The notes beneath the pieces were generated by a model, which saw only the letters and a program-made list of their open reading frames with translations, did not search any database and was not told where the DNA came from. A program made the position numbers and the translations under genes. Shown piece after piece: positions 58,460 to 64,000 of a stretch of 64,000 bases of DNA; positions within the stretch are counted from its first letter, which is position 1; the number at the start of each line of letters is the position of its first letter. Location: the NCBI GenBank assembly GCA_963677925.2, contig CAXXYH010000004.1, positions 1,152,001 through 1,216,000 on the forward strand, written 5' to 3'. The stretch comes from Spirochaetia bacterium. GTDB lineage: Bacteria; Spirochaetota; Spirochaetia; UBA9216.

Positions 58460-59056
58460 ATGCAGAACGAACTTTTCAGTGAGCCGGAGGACAGTGGGGA
58501 AGGCGTCCCCGGTGAGCTTCCGGAAGAAGGTCCGGCAGTTATCCCCGGCGAGGCTTACTACAACCGTGAGTTTCTGAATATTGATTTTTCAAATGCCGAT
58601 TTCGGAGGCTGCGAATTTGAAAGCTGCCGCTTCACAGGCTGCAACCTTTCCAATGTGAACATCAGCGACGCCAAATTCTGTGATGTTAAATTTATTGATT
58701 CAAAGCTGATGGGAATTCCTTTTTTCAATTCAAACCCCTTCGCATTTGAAGTCAGTTTTTCCGGCTGCCGGCTTGTAAGCTGTAATTTTACAGGTATGAA
58801 AATAAGGGATACGGAATTTCTCCGCTGTGAAATAAGCGAGAGCTACTTTCAGGATACAGTGCTCAGCGGTTCTGATTTTTCGGGGTCATCCTTCAGGGAA
58901 ACGCTGTTTCATAATACCAATCTTGAACGCTGCAGTTTTGTTAAGGCTTCGGGGTATGCAATAAGCCCTCTTAACAACAATATTAAAAAGGCCGTCTTTG
59001 ATGCGCCGGAGGTTCTGAATCTTCTGAACGACTTCGGGATTAAGATTATAGACTGA
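58460..59056 (+). CDS. Pentapeptide repeat protein
   Basis: Repeating F/L-x-x-x-x units. Confidence 0.88.
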   Translation: MQNELFSEPEDSGEGVPGELPEEGPAVIPGEAYYNREFLNIDFSNADFGGCEFESCRFTGCNLSNVNISDAKFCDVKFIDSKLMGIPFFNSNPFAFEVSFSGCRLVSCNFTGMKIRDTEFLRCEISESYFQDTVLSGSDFSGSSFRETLFHNTNLERCSFVKASGYAISPLNNNIKKAVFDAPEVLNLLNDFGIKIID

Positions 59057-59125
59057 AGCCGGGCCTGATTTAAAATTTGACCGCCCGATCCGGCAGTGCT
59101 AATATTCTGCTATAAGGAACTGTTT

Positions 59126-60613
59126 ATGGCTGTGATACTGGGTATTGATCTCGGAACCTCAAATGTTAAAGCAATGCTGCTTGACTCAGACCGGGGGATC
59201 ATTTCATCAGCCTCACGGGGCTATGATGTTGATATTCCGCAAATCGGCTGGGCGGAGCAGTCTCCCGAACTGTGGTGGCGGCGTATACTGGAATGTCTGG
59301 CCGAGCTTAAGGCCGGTTTCAGAAAAGACTTTGATGCAGTGGCTGCAATCGGATTTGCTTCACAGATGCATGGTCTGGTGATGCTCGGCCGGGACGGAAG
59401 GCCGCTGTATCCGGCGGTTATCTGGCTGGATCAGCGTGCCGCTGCTGAGGCCGCTGAAATAGAATCTGTCTATCCTCCGGAAAAAACCGCTGAACTCTTC
59501 CGTAATTCTGTGCCGGTCGGATTCGCCCTGCCGAGCCTCCTGTGGATGAAAAGAAACAGGCCTGAAATCTACTTAAAAATTGATAAAATAATGCTTCCCA
59601 AAGATTATATCCGGTTCAGGCTGACCGGGCTTGCCGGCTGTGAGTATTCCGACGCCTCTGCTTCGGCGGCATTTTCCATGCCTGATAAAAACTGGGCCTT
59701 TGACCTGCTGGAAAGGCTTGATATAGACAGTTCGATGTTCCCGCCGCTCTCCGGTTCTTCTATGGTCGCAGGTACGGTAACTAAAGGCGCTGCCGCAGAA
59801 ACCGGGCTGTGTGAGGGAATCCCTGTTGTCCACGGCTCGGGTGATCAGCAGGCTCAGAGTATAGGCAACGGAGCTGTTAAGGAGGGGATAGTCACCTCTA
59901 ATATCGGAACCTCCGGACAGGTAGCCGCATTCAGCGGAAGCGGTATATATGACCCGCAGCTTAGAACCCACACCTTCTGCCACGCGGCGGATAATGCATA
60001 TTCGGTCTTCGGTGCAATTCTCTGCGGAGGCATATCTCTGAAATGGCTTAAAAACGGAATCCTAAGAACCTCCGCCTCCTATGAACAGCTTATCAGTTCC
60101 GCCGCTGAAGTGACTCCGGGAAGCGGCGGAGTCATATTTCTGCCCTATCTTACCGGGGAGAGGACTCCGCATATGGACCCGGCGGCAAGCGGCATGTTTT
60201 TCGGCCTTAAGCTCGGACATGAGCAGAATACCCTCTGCCGCGCAGTGATGGAGGGGGTTGTCCTCAGCCTTAATGATTCCCTGGTAATACTGAAGGAAAT
60301 CGGTGTTAAGCCGGATAGACTGATAGCTGCGGGAGGCGGAACCGCGAGTCCGCTCTGGCTGCAGATGCAGGCGGATATCTTCAATACTGAGATTGAGATA
60401 TGTACAACTCCGGAACAGTCGTGTATGGGTGCCTGTATTGTTGCCGGAAGCGGAACGGGGATCTTTTCATCGATAGAGGAAGCCTGTTCAAGGCATGTAA
60501 AATATTCTGAAAAGACATATTCTCCGAATCCGGTAAATGCAGAGCTCTATGCAGAGCAGTTTCTGAAATACCGGAAGCTGTATGAGAACAATAAAGAGCT
60601 GATGCATACCTGA
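59126..60613 (+). CDS. xylB: Xylulokinase (FGGY family)
   Basis: GIDLGTS; QMHG; WLDQR; LPKDY; PYLTGERTP. Confidence 0.85.
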   Translation: MAVILGIDLGTSNVKAMLLDSDRGIISSASRGYDVDIPQIGWAEQSPELWWRRILECLAELKAGFRKDFDAVAAIGFASQMHGLVMLGRDGRPLYPAVIWLDQRAAAEAAEIESVYPPEKTAELFRNSVPVGFALPSLLWMKRNRPEIYLKIDKIMLPKDYIRFRLTGLAGCEYSDASASAAFSMPDKNWAFDLLERLDIDSSMFPPLSGSSMVAGTVTKGAAAETGLCEGIPVVHGSGDQQAQSIGNGAVKEGIVTSNIGTSGQVAAFSGSGIYDPQLRTHTFCHAADNAYSVFGAILCGGISLKWLKNGILRTSASYEQLISSAAEVTPGSGGVIFLPYLTGERTPHMDPAASGMFFGLKLGHEQNTLCRAVMEGVVLSLNDSLVILKEIGVKPDRLIAAGGGTASPLWLQMQADIFNTEIEICTTPEQSCMGACIVAGSGTGIFSSIEEACSRHVKYSEKTYSPNPVNAELYAEQFLKYRKLYENNKELMHT

Positions 60614-60621
60614 CATCTTAT

Positions 60622-60656
60622 AAAAAAAGAGCTGAACGCACTGCGTCAGCTCTTTT
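60622..60656. terminator. Bidirectional terminator
   Basis: AAAAGAGCTGA...TCAGCTCTTTT between convergent genes. Confidence 0.8.
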
Positions 60657-60678
60657 GGGTATAAAGGGACTCCGGTAC

Positions 60679-61851
60679 TCAGCTTGCCAGACTCTTCTTC
60701 TTTGTCGCAACATCAAAGATAACCGCCAGTAGCAGTACAACGCCCTTGATGGTCTGCTGCCAGTCAACGCTGACGCCCATGATGGACATTCCGTTGTTGA
60801 GAATTCCCATAACAAGACCTCCGATAATGGCGCCTATAATGGTTCCCACTCCGCCGGATGCGGACGCGCCGCCTATGAAGCAGGAGGCGATAGCGTCAAG
60901 CTCGAAATTGGTTCCGGCCTTCGGTCCGGCTGCGTTGAGCCTTCCGGCTACGATTATGCCTGCAAGAGCAGACAGCAGCCCCATGTTTGTATAAACAAGG
61001 AACATAACCCTCTGGGTCTTTACCCCTGAAAGTCTTGCAGCCTTCTCGTTTCCTCCAAGGGCATATATATGTCTTCCGATTATTGTCCTCTGGGTAATGA
61101 ATGTGTACAGCAGGATCAGTCCGACCAGAAGGATCAGGACAATGGGAATACCGTTGTAGTCTGCCAGGCTGAAGGTGAGCAGGTTTATAGCAAGAATTAT
61201 AAAACCGATCTTTATCAGCTCTATCCAGAATGAGACGACTTCGAAACCGTATTTTATCTTATTCTTTCTCGAACCTATCAGATTTATGATAAAGAGAATT
61301 GAAACAACAATACCGAGTATTATTGCAATTGCGTTGAATCCGCCGAAGTGCAGGTTGCCTCCCGGCAGATACCCTGCTGCAAGGGCCTGGAAGCTTGTTT
61401 CAAAGGGTGATTTTGTCTGACCCTTCAGAATTACCATGGTCAGTCCGCGCCAGATAAGCATTCCGGCAAGGGTAACAATAAAGGCCGGAATCCGCATGTA
61501 GGCAATAAAGTAGCCGTGAAAGGCTCCGACAAGGATACCGATAATCAGTGCTACGAGAATTGTCAGTGGAACAGGAAATCCCCAGTCAACCATCATTACT
61601 GCTGCAACGGCGCCGACGAAAGCTACTACCGAACCTATGGAAAGGTCAATATTGCCGGTCAGAATACACAGAAGCATTCCTGTGGCCAGTATCATTACAT
61701 ATGCATTCTGAAGCACAAGGTTATTTACGTTCATTGATCTGAACAGAATGCCGCCGGTCAGGATCTGGAACAGAATCATAATAAAGATAAGAGCCATAAC
61801 CATTCCGTTCTGCCGGAGGTTGTTCTTAAAATATGCTGTTAACTGGTTCAT
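60679..61851 (-). CDS. gguB: Multiple monosaccharide ABC transporter permease (GguB/MmsB)
   Basis: IDLSIGS; GRHIYALGGNEKAARLSG; FELDAIA. Confidence 0.88.
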   Translation of the reverse strand: MNQLTAYFKNNLRQNGMVMALIFIMILFQILTGGILFRSMNVNNLVLQNAYVMILATGMLLCILTGNIDLSIGSVVAFVGAVAAVMMVDWGFPVPLTILVALIIGILVGAFHGYFIAYMRIPAFIVTLAGMLIWRGLTMVILKGQTKSPFETSFQALAAGYLPGGNLHFGGFNAIAIILGIVVSILFIINLIGSRKNKIKYGFEVVSFWIELIKIGFIILAINLLTFSLADYNGIPIVLILLVGLILLYTFITQRTIIGRHIYALGGNEKAARLSGVKTQRVMFLVYTNMGLLSALAGIIVAGRLNAAGPKAGTNFELDAIASCFIGGASASGGVGTIIGAIIGGLVMGILNNGMSIMGVSVDWQQTIKGVVLLLAVIFDVATKKKSLAS

Positions 61852-63405
61852 TTAAATATTTCCCCCTTTTCTTTTCATTTTCTGGTGAGCCATAATTGCC
61901 TTCATTATGCTCTCCTGTGAAGCGTTCTCCCTGTCTATGCAGTCAGCCACCTCTCCTTCGTTGATTACATAGATTCTGTCGCACATACCCAGAAGCTCCG
62001 GAAGCTCGGAACTTATCATGAGTATTGATTTGCCTTCCGAGGCAAGTTTATTGATAATAGTGTAGATTTCATATTTTGCTCCTACATCGATGCCCCTTGT
62101 CGGTTCATCAAGCATAAGCACATCAGGCTGAGCCATAAGCCATTTGCTCAGCACAACCTTCTGCTGGTTTCCACCGGAAAGACTCTCGACAGTCTGTTCA
62201 AGTCCGGTACAGCGGAGGGCTAGTTTTTTGCGGTAATCGTCCGACTGAACGATTTCCTCGTTAAGATTCAGAACTCCGTTCTGTGATATCCGTTTCAAAT
62301 TTGCAAGACAGATATTTGTTTTTATATCGTTAATCAGCACAAGGCCATAATTCTTACGGTCTTCAGTCAGATAAACAACTCCCTGGTCTATAGACTCATT
62401 GACGGTGTTCAGTCTTATTTCTCTGCCCTGTTTGAATATCCTTCCGGAGTGTTTCTGTCCGTATGATTTGCCGAACAGGCTCATTGCTATTTCGGTTCTG
62501 CCCGCCCCCATGAGTCCGGCAAATCCGACGACCTCACCGGCTCTGATATTGAATGACGCAGAGTTGACTACTTTCCTGCTCTCCTGCTGAGGGTGGTATA
62601 CCGTCCAGTCTTCAACTCTGAATACTTCATCACCGATTGTGTTGCTGCGTTCAGGCCAGCGGTCGGTAATTTCACGGCCGACCATGCTTTTGATTATCCT
62701 GTCTTCGTTAAAGTCGTGTTCTTTTCTGTTCAGGGTTTCGATAACTTTTCCATCGCGTATTACGGTAATCTGATCTGCAATCTGTTCTACCTCATTAAGC
62801 TTGTGGCTTATCAGGATGGATGTAACCCCATGGGATTTTAAGTCGATCAGCAGTTTCAGAAGTTTCTGTGATTCCTCGTCGTTCAGGGCTGCTGTAGGTT
62901 CATCAAGAATAAGCAGCTTTACATCCTTGGAAAGAGCCTTCGCTATTTCAACAAGCTGCTGTTTTCCAACTCCGATGTTCCCGATCAGAGTGGTAGGATT
63001 TTCATCCAGTCCAACTTTTTTCAGCAGGGCCGCCGCCTTGCTTATCGTGTGATTCCAATCGATAACACCGGCATTGTTCACCTCGTTCCCGAGGAAGATG
63101 TTCTCTGCGATTGACAGGTATGGTATAAGGGCAAGCTCCTGATGAATAATAACTATTCCCAGTTTTTCACTGTCCTTAATATTCTTAAAAGTGCATTCAC
63201 TGCCTTCAAGCAGTATTTCGCCTTCATAACTTCCATGCGGGTGAACTCCGGAAAGTACCTTCATCAGGGTTGATTTACCCGCACCGTTTTCTCCAACCAG
63301 GGCATGGATTTCATCATCCATAACTGTAAGTCCGACATTATTAAGAGCAGTTACCCCTGAGAACTTTTTTGTTATGTTGCGCATTTCCAGAATGGTATTT
63401 GCCAT
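61852..63405 (-). CDS. gguA: Multiple monosaccharide ABC transporter ATPase (GguA/MmsA)
   Basis: GENGAGKST; LSGGNQQK; [12 protein letters not shown]. Confidence 0.9.
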   Translation of the reverse strand: MANTILEMRNITKKFSGVTALNNVGLTVMDDEIHALVGENGAGKSTLMKVLSGVHPHGSYEGEILLEGSECTFKNIKDSEKLGIVIIHQELALIPYLSIAENIFLGNEVNNAGVIDWNHTISKAAALLKKVGLDENPTTLIGNIGVGKQQLVEIAKALSKDVKLLILDEPTAALNDEESQKLLKLLIDLKSHGVTSILISHKLNEVEQIADQITVIRDGKVIETLNRKEHDFNEDRIIKSMVGREITDRWPERSNTIGDEVFRVEDWTVYHPQQESRKVVNSASFNIRAGEVVGFAGLMGAGRTEIAMSLFGKSYGQKHSGRIFKQGREIRLNTVNESIDQGVVYLTEDRKNYGLVLINDIKTNICLANLKRISQNGVLNLNEEIVQSDDYRKKLALRCTGLEQTVESLSGGNQQKVVLSKWLMAQPDVLMLDEPTRGIDVGAKYEIYTIINKLASEGKSILMISSELPELLGMCDRIYVINEGEVADCIDRENASQESIMKAIMAHQKMKRKGGNI

Positions 63406-63438
63406 TGTTCCTATGATTCTCCCGATCTGTACAGATGG

Positions 63439-63466
63439 ATATCGCCGGCTTTATGACCGGCGATAT
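63439..63466 (-). other. Intercistronic hairpin after the binding-protein gene
   Basis: ATATCGCCGG-N8-CCGGCGATAT. Confidence 0.6.
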
Positions 63467-63519
63467 ATACTGTCATACTATTGAATTATAAAATCTCCAG
63501 ACATCAAACTCAAGAAATA

Positions 63520-64000
63520 TTACATTCCCAGATCAGCCTTGGTGTAGTAACCTGTGTCGATCAGTGCTGCTTCCCAGTTGCTGATGTCTACAGAAACCGG
63601 AGTTTCAAGAAATGATGGAACTATGCCGGTACCGTTGTCGTAGGTTTTTCTGTCGTTGATTTCAGGTTCTTTTCCCTGCAGTACGGCATCAACCATGTCT
63701 GAAGCGCGTTTTGCGAGAGTTCTTGTATCCTTGAATACTGTTGAAGCCTGCTCTCCGGCAAGTATTGATTTTACTGAAGGGATTTCAGCGTCCTGTCCTG
63801 TTACAATAGGAAGATCTTTTGTTTTACCGTATCCAACAGACTTAAGAGCCGAAAGGATACCGATTGAAAGACCGTCATACGGAGAAAGAACTGCGTCAAC
63901 GTTTTTATCTGTGTAAAAAGCGGCAAGCAGGTTATCCATTCTCTGCTGAGCGACAATACCGTCCCATCTGAGTGTTGCAACCTGATCGAAGTTTGTCTGG
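63520..64000 (-). CDS. chvE: Sugar-binding protein ChvE-like (partial; 5' end beyond the window)
   Basis: [11 protein letters not shown]; VTGQDAE; FKDTR; YDNG; ORF runs to the window edge. Confidence 0.88.
   Translation of the reverse strand, partial: QTNFDQVATLRWDGIVAQQRMDNLLAAFYTDKNVDAVLSPYDGLSIGILSALKSVGYGKTKDLPIVTGQDAEIPSVKSILAGEQASTVFKDTRTLAKRASDMVDAVLQGKEPEINDRKTYDNGTGIVPSFLETPVSVDISNWEAALIDTGYYTKADLGM

Noticed and set aside
58460-59056. Qnr quinolone-resistance gene
   Set aside because: It is a generic pentapeptide repeat protein outside the cassette array, and Qnr-specific loops could not be confirmed.
19263-63916. Numerous short antisense or alternative-frame ORFs inside housekeeping genes
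   Set aside because: They are fully nested in well-supported CDSs and have no independent motifs.
1-64000. Integrase, transposase, tRNA or rRNA genes
   Set aside because: No ORF with tyrosine recombinase, DDE or HUH motifs, and no recognisable structural RNA gene was seen.

Overview
Chromosomal window from a spirochaete (Spirochaetales-like: fliS-flgN-polA-coaE-SPOR synteny, long MCP, many lipoproteins). Bases 1-8257 are the distal part of an AT-rich integron cassette array on the + strand, with 10 attC sites in two sequence families and no integrase inside the window. The cassettes are three consecutive toxin-antitoxin pairs, an Ntn-hydrolase/J-domain pair, a Nim-like protein, a methyltransferase, a TPR protein and two GNATs. 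They show an unusual architecture. Each is bracketed by its own 12-22-bp imperfect inverted repeat that extends far beyond the 7-bp core sites, with a recurrent mismatch at position 11. Most also carry hairpins with variable stems but a conserved TCC loop next to their ends, and the two long attC sites contain promoter-like sequences. From about 8.25 to 15.2 kb the array decays into attC-less, same-strand cassette-like genes and pseudogenes. This stretch includes an AbrB/MazE domain fused to a flagellar FliG C-terminal domain, followed by a broken second FliG_C gene, which is a candidate undescribed TA-like module. The rest is ordinary chromosome: rlmKL, udk, paaK-like ligase, glycerate kinase, a pocR-gldA-dhaKL glycerol cluster, PIN-PhoH, sigma28-preceded fliS-flgN-polA-coaE, KamA, an HD-NUDIX fusion, PhzF, xylB and a ChvE/GguAB sugar ABC transporter. 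No rRNA, tRNA or CRISPR was recognised. All calls are by eye; no searches were run.
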